DNA of 64,000 nucleotides from an uncultured Gammaproteobacteria bacterium (GCA_963748215.1 CAVVHS010000007.1:352001-416000), one strand, 5' to 3'; positions 19,253-29,858 are shown, numbered from the stretch's first letter. The notes: generated from the sequence alone by a model not told the origin. Numbers and translations: made by a program.

Positions 19253-19951
19253 TAGCCACGGAATCACACGGAAATACACGGAAAGATAAAAAACCTACCC
19301 TCATTCAGGTACGCAACGCGCCGGGACCTGCGAGGAAACGGGGACAGTCCCCGTTTTCCATGCGTGAAACGTAAGACGTAGAGGCGTGAGGCGTGAGACG
19401 TGAAAGGTCAAAGATCAATAATGGCCACGGAATCCACGGAAGAACACGGAAAAATATAAAACCCACCCCCTTCAGGCACACAACGCGCCGGGACCTGTAG
19501 GAGCGGATCCCATCCGCGATCTTGTTGAACACCTCATCGCCCATGAGAGGTGCTCCTGCCACAAGCTGTCCTGTAATGAAACAGGGGAGGTTCAGGCCCC
19601 GTTTTTCATAAGTACTGGCCGCGGAATCCACGGAACAATGAAGAATGAATTTCGTTGATAATGGGATGGGTTCATACCATCAGCAGTGAATGAATTTGTT
19701 TTTTTTCCGTGTCGTTCCGTGTGCTTCCGTGGCCATTATCTTCTGGAAATAGCCACGGTACCCACTGCTGTCCCACGAACGCCCTCTCCCACAGGGAGAG
19801 GTTGCTCTGTTTGTTTTAATGAATTTTTCCGTGTTCTTCCGTGGATTCCGTGGCCATCACTTTCTAAAAATAGCCACGGAACCCACGGTATTCACGGAAC
19901 TATAAATATTGAATATGTTTTTCGAGCCATGTCGTGTGCTTCCGTGGCTAT
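19253..19951. repeat. Intergenic repeat island: several GCCACGGAA(tc)CACGGAA(ga)ACACGGAA units in both orientations, a GTAG-type REP, GTGAGAC/GTGAGGC heptamers and a GGGGACAGTCCCC palindrome
   Basis: Units at ~19253, 19421, 19617, 19871 (+) and ~19704, 19824, 19930 (-); GTAGGAGCGGATCCCATCCGCGA at ~19497; AACGGGGACAGTCCCCGTT at ~19337. Confidence 0.85.
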
Positions 19952-20046
19952 TCGCTTGCATGCGATCGGGGTGTGCAGGAGCCGGTGCGGGTCGAGCCGC
20001 GGCGATTGCGAATACGACGCATAACAGGACTGCAAGGGGTGTGGGC

Positions 20047-20547
20047 TCAGATCGTCGGGTAGCTGATCTCGACGATCACGTAGCTGGCGCTGCCGCCCGG
20101 CGTGGCCACCTGCACCGCTTCGTCCAGGCCCTTGCCGAGCAGGGCGCGCGCCATGGGCGAGTCGATGCTGATCCAGCCCTGTGCGGGGTCGAACTCGTCC
20201 GCGCCAACGATGCGGTAGCTGACCAGCTTGCCCGTGTCGTTTTCCAGCGTCACATTGACACCGAAAAACACCCGCGTGCAGTCGGACGGCGGGTCGCGCA
20301 CAACCTTCAGTACGGGCAGGCGTTTTTGCAGGTAGCGAATGCGCCGGTCGATTTCGCGCAGTTCCTTTTTGCGGTAGATATACTCGGCGTTTTCCGAGCG
20401 GTCGCCCTCGGCGGCGGCAGCTGTCAGCGCGCGTGTGACATCGGCGCGCCGTTTCCACAGCGCCTGCAGTTCGCTGGCGAGTTTGCGCTGACCTTCCGGC
20501 GTGATGTAGGGCGATGATTTCGGTGCGGGCGGGCGATAGCGTCCCAT
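20047..20547 (-). CDS. greB: Transcription elongation factor GreB
   Basis: YITPEG, AAAEGDRSENAEYIYRKK.LREIDRRIRYL, ISIDSPMARAL. Confidence 0.93.
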   Translation of the reverse strand: MGRYRPPAPKSSPYITPEGQRKLASELQALWKRRADVTRALTAAAAEGDRSENAEYIYRKKELREIDRRIRYLQKRLPVLKVVRDPPSDCTRVFFGVNVTLENDTGKLVSYRIVGADEFDPAQGWISIDSPMARALLGKGLDEAVQVATPGGSASYVIVEISYPTI

Positions 20548-20580
20548 CGGGGTGATCCTGCGATGCGGAACGTCTCGTTC

Positions 20581-20610
20581 AAAAAAGAACCCCGCGCAAG
20601 CGCGGGGTTC
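20581..20610 (-). terminator. Rho-independent terminator of the cold-shock gene
   Basis: Perfect 10-bp stem GAACCCCGCG-CAAG-CGCGGGGTTC with T6 tail on the minus strand. Confidence 0.85.
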
Positions 20611-20637
20611 CGTTACTGCTCAGGTTATGGACTTCCG

Positions 20638-20841
20638 TTATTGTCCGCTGACGTTGACTGCCTGCAGTCCCTTTGGACCCTGCTCGACATCAAAGTTTAC
20701 TGTCTGGCCTTCCGCTAGGGTCTTGAATCCGTCCCCGCTGATCGCAGAAAAATGCACGAATACATCCTCGCCGCCATCGCTGGGTGCGATGAAACCAAAA
20801 CCCTTGGACTCGTTGAACCATTTAACAGTACCTGTAGCCAT
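20638..20841 (-). CDS. Cold-shock protein (CspA family)
   Basis: [24 protein letters not shown]. Confidence 0.95.
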   Translation of the reverse strand: MATGTVKWFNESKGFGFIAPSDGGEDVFVHFSAISGDGFKTLAEGQTVNFDVEQGPKGLQAVNVSGQ

Positions 20842-21170
20842 TTAACACCTCTAAAAATATTGATTAACAGATTCCAGAATGCAGATTAAACGTGTGGACA
20901 AGCTGGAGTTACAGCAGGAACTTCCGGGATGACCTGAGAAATGTGCAATTCTGTCATAAATGCGAATCGAAAAATGGCAGGAATGATCCGTGCCCCCCTT
21001 GTCGATCACGACCTGATCATACAACAGAACAAGACGCAAATACCATACTCCTGTTCATGTTCCTGTTTCGAATCAAGGGTCGGAAAACTGACGTCGCATA
21101 TCGCGCATGAACACTGGCCAGTGCCGGAGGCTTTGCGCATAATGACACGCTTTTCACGGGGCGATTCATT

Positions 21171-22154
21171 ATGTGGTTCAGGAATCTTCAGGTATATCGT
21201 CTGGGCAAGTCGTTCGATCTCACTCCCGACATGCTCGATACCCGCATGCAGTCCGCCGCCTTCGGGGGATGCAGCCGGATGGAAATGCTCGCGCTGGGCT
21301 GGGTGCCACCGCTGGGCCGGCATGGTCAACAGCTGGTGCATGCGGCCAACGGGTACCTGATGATCTGCCTGCGCAAGGAAGAAAAGATCATGCCTGCGGG
21401 CGTGGTGCGGCAGTTGCTCGAGGACAAGGTCGCAGAGGTCGAGGCGGCCGAGGAACGCGAGATCTACCGCCGCGAACGGATGCGCATGAAGGAGGAGATC
21501 ATCGTCGATCTGCTGCCGCGCGCGCTGACCCGCATCAGCGACCTGTTCGCCTACATCGATACGCGCAACGGCCTGCTGGTAATCGACAGCCCGTCGCCCG
21601 CCAGGGCGGAATTGCTGGTCAGCCAGTTGCGTTCCACCCTGGGGCGTTTCCCCGCCACGCCGCTGCAGACCCGGCAGGCGCCGGCCAGCGTCATGACCCG
21701 GTGGCTCAACGGTGACCCCCTGCCGCACGATTTCGACACGGGCGCGGAGTGCGTGCTGAAACATCCGGACCCGGAAGGTGGTGTCGTCACCTGCAAACAT
21801 CAGGACCTGGGTGCGACAGAGGTACGCAACCACATCCGTGGCGGCAAGCAGGTGGTACGGCTGGCGATCCAGTGGCGCGAACGCCTGTCCTGCGTCATCC
21901 AGGACGACCTGTCGATCAAGCGCCTGCGTTTCGAGGATATCGTCACGGATGCGGAGGCCGGCACCGAGGCCGACGATCCGGTCAGCCGCTTCGACCTCGA
22001 CTTCTCGCTGCTGGTGCTGGAACTTGCGGAATTCCTGCCGGAACTGGTGCGGGTGCTGGGCGGCGAGGCGCTGCCGGAGGGCCTGCAGGCCGGTGCCGGC
22101 GAACAGGACCAGCCGGCGCGCCTGCCGGATGCCGCCGACGCGGAGCCCGCATGA
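21171..22154 (+). CDS. rdgC: Recombination-associated protein RdgC
   Basis: MWFRNLQVYRL start, GWVPPLG, EEKIMP, DLLPRA. Confidence 0.92.
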   Translation: MWFRNLQVYRLGKSFDLTPDMLDTRMQSAAFGGCSRMEMLALGWVPPLGRHGQQLVHAANGYLMICLRKEEKIMPAGVVRQLLEDKVAEVEAAEEREIYRRERMRMKEEIIVDLLPRALTRISDLFAYIDTRNGLLVIDSPSPARAELLVSQLRSTLGRFPATPLQTRQAPASVMTRWLNGDPLPHDFDTGAECVLKHPDPEGGVVTCKHQDLGATEVRNHIRGGKQVVRLAIQWRERLSCVIQDDLSIKRLRFEDIVTDAEAGTEADDPVSRFDLDFSLLVLELAEFLPELVRVLGGEALPEGLQAGAGEQDQPARLPDAADAEPA

Positions 22155-22161
22155 CCGGACG

Positions 22162-22587
22162 GTGACAGACCTCCACCCCCAACTGCAGGCGGACTGCCTG
22201 GTCATCGGGCGCTTCCCGCTCTGCCACCTGCTGTTGATGCAGGACGCCAGCTACCCCTGGTTCATCCTGGTGCCGGACCGTGACGGGGTGCAGGAAATCC
22301 ATCAACTCGCAACGGCCGACCAGCGTCAGCTCATGGACGAATCCGTGCTGCTGTCGCGCGCACTGGCAGCGGCGTTCGCGCCGGACAAACTGAACATCGC
22401 GACACTGGGCAATATCGTGCCGCAATTACATGTGCACCATGTGGTGCGTTACCGCACCGATGCCGCCTGGCCGGCACCGGTGTGGGGCAGGGCGCCCGCC
22501 AGGCCCTATGACAGGCCCGGGCTGGAAGCCGTGCTGGCACAGCTCAGGCCGGCATTGCCCGCGGAGTTCGACTGGCAGCTGCGCTGA
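22162..22587 (+). CDS. HIT family protein
   Basis: LHPQLQAD, PWFILVP, LGNIVPQLHVHHVVR, AWPAPVWG. Confidence 0.88.
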   Translation: MTDLHPQLQADCLVIGRFPLCHLLLMQDASYPWFILVPDRDGVQEIHQLATADQRQLMDESVLLSRALAAAFAPDKLNIATLGNIVPQLHVHHVVRYRTDAAWPAPVWGRAPARPYDRPGLEAVLAQLRPALPAEFDWQLR

Positions 22588-22616
22588 AGGCAGGTTTGCC
22601 TGGCTGGCTGCGGACA

Positions 22617-22648
22617 AAAAAATACCCGCGCAAGGTGCTACGGGTATT
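22617..22648. terminator. Probable intrinsic terminator between convergent genes
   Basis: AATACCCG...CGGGTATT inverted repeat preceded by an A run. Confidence 0.6.
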
Positions 22649-22716
22649 CATAATGCGTTTTATCTTGTTTGTTTTGCCGCGGCATATGCCTCGGTTTGGA
22701 ACTTGCTATTGTGCCA

Positions 22717-22941
22717 CTAACCCACGCGTTCGGCACACAATTGCTGGCCGGTCATCTGGGCGAGGATCTCGAACGAGGACGTGGAGTCGGTATCGTAGGA
22801 GACCAGCATCAGGTGCGGGCGTTTGTCATTGAAGTGGGCGTGGACGACCCCCTTGTTCCCCGTCAGTGCCTTTTCGATGTTGCGCCGGCTGTCTACCCCC
22901 AGGGTGTTGTCGATGTGCATGACCATGTCTGTTATGTGCAT
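22717..22941 (-). CDS. Small HMA/ferredoxin-like fold protein (no CxxC)
   Basis: AAGGAGGAG RBS; DMVMHID...GVVHAHFN..RPHLMLVSYD. Confidence 0.75.
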   Translation of the reverse strand: MHITDMVMHIDNTLGVDSRRNIEKALTGNKGVVHAHFNDKRPHLMLVSYDTDSTSSFEILAQMTGQQLCAERVG

Positions 22942-23279
22942 GAATTACTCCTCCTTAAATTAAACGAACAAGGACCAGCTACGTTCATCGGGTGGCTGCA
23001 TTTTTGTGGCTTCCCTGTCTTCCAGCGTCCGAGGTATGCACGGTAATGAAAAACCCTTTAGTTGTCAATGTAATTAAATCATAAGTTAATGTATTACAAG
23101 GTATTAATGTATTAATCCATATTATATCTATGGTATTGTTTTACCTTACTAAATTTATGTTTATTGTGTCGGCAGGGTACAGGCGGGGGTGCGCCATGCT
23201 GTTGTGCACGAAAAATTTTTCGCGCGAATGGCGTCACACCGGCTTGCGACGGTGTGACGTCGCGCTGCTGGTGCTGCGA

Positions 23280-25094
23280 TCAGGCGCTGCGCGCGGCGCG
23301 CTTGCGTTCGTGTTCGAGCAGGTGTTTCTTGCGTAGCCGTATGTGGTGCGGTGTGACCTCGACGAGTTCATCATCGTCGATGAACTCCAGTGCCTGTTCC
23401 AGGCTCATGCGGATCGGCGGCGTGAGCAGGATGTTCTCGTCTGTTCCGGCGGCGCGGATATTGGTCAGCTGTTTGCCCTTCAAGGGGTTCACCACCAGGT
23501 CGTTGCCGCGCGAATGGATGCCGATGATGGAGCCTTCGTACACCGATTCACCGTGCCCGATGAACAGGCGGCCGCGTTCCTGCAGGTTGAACAGCGCATA
23601 ACCCAGCGCCTTGCCGCTGCCGTTCGCAATCAGTACGCCGTTGATGCGCTGTCCGTACTGGCCGGGCTTCATCGGTCCGTAGTGCGAGAACACGCTGTAG
23701 ATCAGGCCGGTGCCCTGTGTGCTGGTGAGGAACTCGGTGCGGAAACCGATCAGCCCGCGCGCGGGCATGATGTAGTCCAGGCGCACGCGGCCCTTGCCGT
23801 CCGGCATCATGTCGGTCAGTTCGCCGCCGCGCTCGCCGAGCTTTTCCATCACGGTGCCCTGATGGATATCTTCCACGTCGACAGTCACCTGCTCGTAGGG
23901 TTCGTGTGTCTCGCCGTCGATCTCGCGCAGGATGACCTCCGGGCGTGACACGCCCAGTTCGAAGCCTTCGCGGCGCATGGTCTCGATGAGGATCGCCAGG
24001 TGCAGCTCGCCGCGCCCGGATACCCGGAACTTGTCCGGGTCACCGGTTTCGTCGACGCGCAGCGCGACGTTATGCAGCAGTTCACGCTGCAGGCGCTCGT
24101 GAATGTTGCGCGAGGTGACGTACTTGCCGTCCTTGCCGGCAAACGGCGAGTTGTTCACCTGGAAGGTCATGCTGACCGTGGGCTCGTCGACAGTCAGCGC
24201 CGGCAGGGCCTCGACCTGTGCCGGATCGCAGAGTGTGTCGGAGATGTTCAGCTTGTCGATGCCGGTAAAGGCGATGATGTCACCGGCCTGCGCCTCGGGG
24301 ACCTCGATGCGTTCCAGGCCCAGGAAACCGAATACCTGCCCGACACGCCCGTTGCGCGTCTTGCCCTTGCGGTCGATGAGCGTGATCGGCATGTTGGTGC
24401 GGATCTTGCCACGACTGATACGGCCGATGCCGATGACGCCGACGTAACTGCTGTAATCGAGCGTGATCACCTGCAGCTGCAGCGGACCGTCGGGATCGAC
24501 CTGCGGTGGCTGCACCTTGTCGACGATGGTCTCGAACAGCGGGGTCATGTCGGCGGCCGGATTGTCGTGCTCGTAGCCGGCATAACCCTGCAACGCGGAG
24601 GCGTAGATGACGGGAAAATCCAGCTGCTCGTTGGTGGCGCCGAGCCGGTCGAACAGGTCGAAGGTCTGGTCCAGCACCCAGTCCGGTCGTGCACCGGGTC
24701 GGTCGATCTTGTTGATGACCACGATCGGGCGCAGCCCCAGGTTGAATGCCTTCTGGGTCACGAAACGGGTCTGCGGCATCGGGCCGTCCACGGCGTCGAC
24801 CAGCAGCAGTACCGAGTCGACCATGGACAGCACGCGCTCCACCTCGCCGCCGAAGTCGGCGTGGCCGGGGGTGTCGACGATGTTGATGCGGTAGTCACCC
24901 CAGCGGATGGCGGTGTTCTTCGACAGGATGGTGATGCCGCGTTCCTTCTCCAGGTCGCTGGAATCCATGATGCGCTCGGGCACCGCCGCGCGCTCGCCGA
25001 GCGTGCCGGACTGACTGAGCAGCTGGTCGACCAGGGTGGTCTTGCCATGATCGACGTGCGCGATAATGGCGATATTTCTGAGTTTGCTGATCAT
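23280..25094 (-). CDS. typA: Translational GTPase TypA/BipA
   Basis: [46 protein letters not shown]. Confidence 0.96.
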   Translation of the reverse strand: MISKLRNIAIIAHVDHGKTTLVDQLLSQSGTLGERAAVPERIMDSSDLEKERGITILSKNTAIRWGDYRINIVDTPGHADFGGEVERVLSMVDSVLLLVDAVDGPMPQTRFVTQKAFNLGLRPIVVINKIDRPGARPDWVLDQTFDLFDRLGATNEQLDFPVIYASALQGYAGYEHDNPAADMTPLFETIVDKVQPPQVDPDGPLQLQVITLDYSSYVGVIGIGRISRGKIRTNMPITLIDRKGKTRNGRVGQVFGFLGLERIEVPEAQAGDIIAFTGIDKLNISDTLCDPAQVEALPALTVDEPTVSMTFQVNNSPFAGKDGKYVTSRNIHERLQRELLHNVALRVDETGDPDKFRVSGRGELHLAILIETMRREGFELGVSRPEVILREIDGETHEPYEQVTVDVEDIHQGTVMEKLGERGGELTDMMPDGKGRVRLDYIMPARGLIGFRTEFLTSTQGTGLIYSVFSHYGPMKPGQYGQRINGVLIANGSGKALGYALFNLQERGRLFIGHGESVYEGSIIGIHSRGNDLVVNPLKGKQLTNIRAAGTDENILLTPPIRMSLEQALEFIDDDELVEVTPHHIRLRKKHLLEHERKRAARSA

Positions 25095-25583
25095 GGGAAT
25101 TTGGGCCCGGACGCGGGCGGATGTGGTTTTAAGGGCGCAGATTATACAGGAGAAGCGAGTGGCCGCGTACAGCATTTGTTCCTCTCGCACCCGGCGTGCC
25201 GTTGCCCTGTGCCACTCAGGCGCGTACCAGTCGCTGCGAGGTGATCTCCGCGGGCACCCCGCGCCGTGACGGCGGGGCCCCCGGTAAGCCGTCGCCGGCG
25301 CTGACGTACAGCCACATGCGCCGCTCGACGCGGCGCAGGCCGGGCCCATGGCTAAAGAACACCAGGGTACCGCGAACAGCGACAGGCCAGGAATGATCCG
25401 GCCTGTGCGTTGCACCAGCGGCCGGCCGGCGTGCGCAACAGCCGATGCGCCAGGTAGCGATAGCCACGTCCCGGACCGCGAGAAAAAACAGGAAGAACAC
25501 AAGCGGCTATAAGGATATTATGGGCGGAAGGTATATGCTGACCGGCAGATTACGCATTCCCGGTCGGCAACAGGGGAATTCCT

Positions 25584-25952
25584 ATGAAAATCATGCTGGT
25601 CGTCGCGCATGGCAGCCGCCGTGCGGAATCCAATGACGAGGTGCGTGCGCTGGCACAGCAGCTCAACGGGCAGGCCCGGGAGTTCGATGTCGTCAGCTGC
25701 GCCTTCCTGGAACTGGCGGAGCCTTCCATTCCCGATGGTCTGCGCGAGGCTATCGCGGCTGGTGCGCGGGAAGTGGTCGTGGTGCCGTATTTCCTGTCGG
25801 CCGGGCGGCACGTGGTGACGGATATTCCGGGCGAGGTGGAAGTGGTGCGCGCCGAGTATCCGGATATCACCATCACCCTGGCACCCTACCTGGGCGCGGC
25901 GCCGGAGCTTGCCGACCTGCTGCTGAAGCAGGCGCAGCCGGACCGCGGTTAG
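25584..25952 (+). CDS. CbiX/SirB-family chelatase-like protein (short form)
   Basis: VAHGSRR, AFLELAEPSI, PYFLSAGRHV..DIP. Confidence 0.87.
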   Translation: MKIMLVVAHGSRRAESNDEVRALAQQLNGQAREFDVVSCAFLELAEPSIPDGLREAIAAGAREVVVVPYFLSAGRHVVTDIPGEVEVVRAEYPDITITLAPYLGAAPELADLLLKQAQPDRG

Positions 25953-26112
25953 CCCGCATTTCTCACCGGGCGGCGAAACCGGGAACCGGTCCAGCGGCAG
26001 GCCGGTACCTGGCGGGGGAGGCGCAAATCACGCTTGCCGGCACCTCGCACGTGCGCTAACGGAAACAGGGACAGTTCCGAGTTTCACCGGAATAGGATTG
26101 CAGAATATTCCC

Positions 26113-27393
26113 ATGCCAGCAGAGCCTGATCATATCGCCCTGTATTACCGCTTCGGGGCGGCCCTGCTGATCGGCCTGCTGGTGGGGCTGCAACGCGAGT
26201 ATTCGCAGCTGCAGCAGAAAGAATATGAAAAGATGTTTGGCGGGGTGCGTACCTATGCCCTGCTGGGGTTGCTTGGCTGCACGGCCGCCTTCATTGCAGA
26301 ACGCACCGGATCGGTGCTTGCGTTTGTGGTGATCATCGGCATCAGTGGTGGGCTGGTCATGATCGCCTATGCCGTGACGGTGCTGCGCGGCAGCATCGGC
26401 ATGACCTCGGAAGTGGCGGCGGTGATCACGCTGCTGACCGGCGCCTTGTGTTTCTGGGGCGAACTGGAGCTGGCCGCTGCCCTGGGTGTCACCATGACGG
26501 TGGTGCTGGCACTCAAGCTTCAGACACAGACGCTGGTGCGCAACATCACCCAGGCGGATGTCTACGCCACGCTGACCTTCGCCGTGATCGCGCTCGTTAT
26601 CCTGCCGGTGCTGCCGCGCACCAGCTTCGGACCGCCGCCATTCGACGTGCTGGTGCCGTACAAGATCTGGCTTATGGTGATCTTCATCTCCGGCATCAGC
26701 TTCCTCGGCTACGTGCTTATCAAGATCGTAGGGGCACGTCGCGGCGTGGGCCTGACCGGTCTGCTCGGCGGCCTGGCCTCGAGCACCGCCGTTACGCTCA
26801 GCTTCGCCCATCGCAGCCGTGACCTGCCCGGGCTGGCGCGGCCGTTTGCGCTGGCGATCCTGCTGGCCTGGAGCATTATGTTCGTGCGGGTCATGGTCGA
26901 GGTGGCGGTGCTCAACCAGCCACTGCTGCGCATTGTCTGGATTCCGCTGACCGCGGCGCTGGTCGTCAGCATGGCCTATTGCGTCTACCTGTACTACAGC
27001 CAGTCCGCCAGCAAGCAGGAAGAGGAAGACCACTTCAAGAACCCGTTTGAACTCGGGCCGGCGCTCAGCTTCGGCCTGCTGTACGCTGCCATTCTGCTGG
27101 CGGCCAATGCCGCGCGGCTCTACCTGGGGGATACCGGGGTCTACCTGTCCAGCATCGTCTCCGGTCTGGCCGATGTCGATGCCATCACGCTGTCGATGGC
27201 CGAGCTGAGCCGCGCCGGTGGCGCGATCGAGCAGTCAACGGCGGCTCGCGCGATCGTGCTGGCGGTTGTGTCGAATACCCTGGTCAAGGGCGGTATCGTG
27301 CTCAGTATGGGTTCCGCCGCGCTGGTCAGGGCAATCCTGCCCGGCATACTGGCGACGCTGGCCACGGCGGTCGGGGTGGTGTATCTGCTGTAG
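26113..27393 (+). CDS. MgtC/SapB plus DUF4010 membrane protein
   Basis: GLLVGLQRE, GGVRTY, GMTSE, GGLASSTA, SGLADVDAI. Confidence 0.87.
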   Translation: MPAEPDHIALYYRFGAALLIGLLVGLQREYSQLQQKEYEKMFGGVRTYALLGLLGCTAAFIAERTGSVLAFVVIIGISGGLVMIAYAVTVLRGSIGMTSEVAAVITLLTGALCFWGELELAAALGVTMTVVLALKLQTQTLVRNITQADVYATLTFAVIALVILPVLPRTSFGPPPFDVLVPYKIWLMVIFISGISFLGYVLIKIVGARRGVGLTGLLGGLASSTAVTLSFAHRSRDLPGLARPFALAILLAWSIMFVRVMVEVAVLNQPLLRIVWIPLTAALVVSMAYCVYLYYSQSASKQEEEDHFKNPFELGPALSFGLLYAAILLAANAARLYLGDTGVYLSSIVSGLADVDAITLSMAELSRAGGAIEQSTAARAIVLAVVSNTLVKGGIVLSMGSAALVRAILPGILATLATAVGVVYLL

Positions 27394-27677
27394 CCCGGTT
27401 GTCACTTGCCGCCAGTGGGCCCGGGTGGATGCTGGCGGCGGCAGCGCCGTCTGGCCCGCTCACCGCATCCGGCGGGTTGTGTACTGCCGGAACGGATCCC
27501 GCATTACCATGCTTTGATACTTACGGCGAGCATCCAGTCTAGGAACATACTGCGCGCCGAATTTTCAACTTCCCTTGCGAACTTTTTCAACCCTGTTGGC
27601 CCGAACACGAGCATTATATTTAAAAATACGGCGACCAACGAATGAACGAAGGCCGCTGTGTGAGGAATAGCGCTTTG

Positions 27678-28244
27678 TTAAGCCGCCTTCCTACGCCTGC
27701 CTATCCCTATTAAACCCAGCAGTCCGGAGCCGAATAGCCAGGCAGCTGGGGGGGTGGGTACGTGTGACACCACGAAATCAAAACCATATGCATTTCGACT
27801 TAATGTTTGCAACAAGGATATTTCTATAATGTCGTTTTCTATCGGCGAGGAGAAACCAGGTCCCCAAAGGGTGTCAAGCAACGGCAGGATATCGACGCCT
27901 AAATCGTCTTGATTGACACTGAGGTGCTGCAAGCTGTCCGCGTAGTGGAGATTTAATCCAATATTGTACCCATTATCAGGCACTGGAAACTTTGTAAGAA
28001 TAATTGAATCAAGTCGAAAGCCATTTCTAAGGTCGATAGAAAAACTGTCTGCCGTGTCCGGGTATGCCCCAAGCTCACCATTTATCTCGTTACTTCCAGT
28101 GCCAACTTCAAGGATAAGTATCGCTGCATTCAGGCCAGGTAAATCTCCACTGGCCAGTTCGTCATATACGATGACTGCGTTGACGGACGAATGCCAGCAC
28201 ATCACAAGTAGTATGGATAATGGTTTGACAGTTTCATTGAACAT
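27678..28244 (-). CDS. PEP-CTERM/VPLPA-CTERM-type surface protein in a low-GC patch
   Basis: Signal peptide; C-terminal VPTPPAAWLFGSGLLGLIGIGRRRKAA sorting motif; AT-rich codon usage. Confidence 0.8.
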   Translation of the reverse strand: MFNETVKPLSILLVMCWHSSVNAVIVYDELASGDLPGLNAAILILEVGTGSNEINGELGAYPDTADSFSIDLRNGFRLDSIILTKFPVPDNGYNIGLNLHYADSLQHLSVNQDDLGVDILPLLDTLWGPGFSSPIENDIIEISLLQTLSRNAYGFDFVVSHVPTPPAAWLFGSGLLGLIGIGRRRKAA

Positions 28245-28658
28245 TGCTTTTTCTTGAACACCTCGCCACATTGATGATCGATGGTTCAAAAGATGGATTA
28301 TCTTATTGACTCTTCGGGTATGCATGAGGCACAAGTCCTGCTGCTGTCAACGACATGGAACCATGCCGTTATTGACCCGCAGCCGAATTGCTCTCTGTGA
28401 ATATGACTCTCGTTTGAAGATAGCCATTGTCGATGGCGTTAACGTCTGTGAGTGATGCTGGCTTGAGCAGAAAAGTTAATAGTTGCGGATGAGCTCACAA
28501 TATCCACACCACATCCCCGTCAAACGGGAGACGAAACATAACTTTAGGTTTGATAGGTAAAGAACTGTTTATGGCTTGGTGTCCGGATTGACCATACCCC
28601 GGTCATTCGAGCCATGCGTGATGCGGGATTTCCTGTCAGTTGGAATGCCGGCCTGCAA

Positions 28659-29858
28659 TCATGCGCCTGATGTCTTCCCCCATACCGCGAACACCGGGTC
28701 CGACCGCGACAGCTGGCCGGTGTACTTGTCGTCGGCCGGGCGCGGGTATCCGTGCACCGATTCACTGGCCAGCCCGGTGAAATTACCCGCCGCGCGCAGG
28801 TACTCCAGCACCAGGCCCATACGCTCGAACGGGTGCAGCTCGCTCCACAGCGCAATCGCCTTGGTCGGGAACCAGCGGTCGGAAAAGGTAATGACGAGCG
28901 GGGTTTCAGGCTTCAGCACGCGACCCAGCTCGCGCAGCACCGCCACCGGTTGGGTCAGGTATTCGATGGACACAGTGCAGACGGCCGCGTCGAACGTGCC
29001 ATCGCCGAACGGCAGGACCGGGTCCAGGTTCAGGTCGTGCACCACGCGCTGCGCGAGCCGTGGATTGTGCGCCAGCTCGTCCGCGTTCATGCCCAGCCCG
29101 GTGACCTGCAGGCCGTCGGTATCCCCGGGCAGGTGCGACACCCAGCTGCTCATCAGGTCGAGCACCCGCATGCCGGGGGCGAGGAAACGGCGGTGGATGG
29201 CCACGATGTTGTCGATGGCCGTGCTGTCGATATGCTGTACCAGGCGTGGCTGCGCGTAGAACTGCGCATCCTCGCGCGTGTCCATGCGCCGAAACGGGTC
29301 GGCGGAAAACCAGTCCGTGGCGCCGGGTGCCTGCAGCGTTTCCAGGCCGACGCCGGCGTCGAGCGCGTCCATGACGAGGTCGTTGCAGCGTCCGCCGTGT
29401 TCGCCGGCAGGGCCGATCCGCCGGTCGATGCGTGCCGCGACGGTGAGCGGCAGGCATGCCAGCGGGTGGTTGAGATCCAGTGTGACCGAGGCCTCGTCCA
29501 GCTCGACGATGCGCAGCGGCTGTACGTTTTCCGGATAGATGTCCGCCGTGCCGGCCGCAATGTAGCGCGGGTAGTGGCGGCCGCGGAAAATCTGTATTGG
29601 CGGGCCGTTGCGGCGCTGCAGCTTGAGCGCGCTGCGCGGGATATGATGCAGGTTGCGGTCTGTGTACGGCGGCACCAGCTCGCCGGGTGCGAAATTATCG
29701 GTGACCCACTCGCCCTCGCTGGGCGGGAGTTTGAGCGACAGCGCGCCCGGCAGGATGTCACGCCAGAAGTTGATTTTCCCGAAGTACTGCCGGTTGCCGT
29801 GCGTGATTGCGTCCTGTTGCCAGTCGATGCGCAATTCCACGGCGGCCTGTTCTGTCAT
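28659..29858 (-). CDS. Class I SAM-dependent methyltransferase with an N-terminal FKBP/SlyD-like domain
   Basis: LDLNHPLA (SlyD-like); DAQFY.QPRLVQHID, VLDLMSSWVSHLP, FSDRWFPTKAI. Confidence 0.82.
   Translation of the reverse strand: MTEQAAVELRIDWQQDAITHGNRQYFGKINFWRDILPGALSLKLPPSEGEWVTDNFAPGELVPPYTDRNLHHIPRSALKLQRRNGPPIQIFRGRHYPRYIAAGTADIYPENVQPLRIVELDEASVTLDLNHPLACLPLTVAARIDRRIGPAGEHGGRCNDLVMDALDAGVGLETLQAPGATDWFSADPFRRMDTREDAQFYAQPRLVQHIDSTAIDNIVAIHRRFLAPGMRVLDLMSSWVSHLPGDTDGLQVTGLGMNADELAHNPRLAQRVVHDLNLDPVLPFGDGTFDAAVCTVSIEYLTQPVAVLRELGRVLKPETPLVITFSDRWFPTKAIALWSELHPFERMGLVLEYLRAAGNFTGLASESVHGYPRPADDKYTGQLSRSDPVFAVWGKTSGA

Noticed and set aside
19253-19951. CRISPR array or protein-coding ORFs (19305..19631, 19686..20024)
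   Set aside because: Repeats are irregularly spaced and in both orientations; the ORFs are translations of the repeats (FRVLPWIPWP, SHGTHGIHG).
25100-25520. Possible small minus-strand gene upstream of typA, and the 135-aa N-terminal extension of the TypA ORF
   Set aside because: TypA homology starts at [10 protein letters not shown]; the upstream frames show no recognisable family and may be a frameshifted hypothetical, so I cannot support a call.
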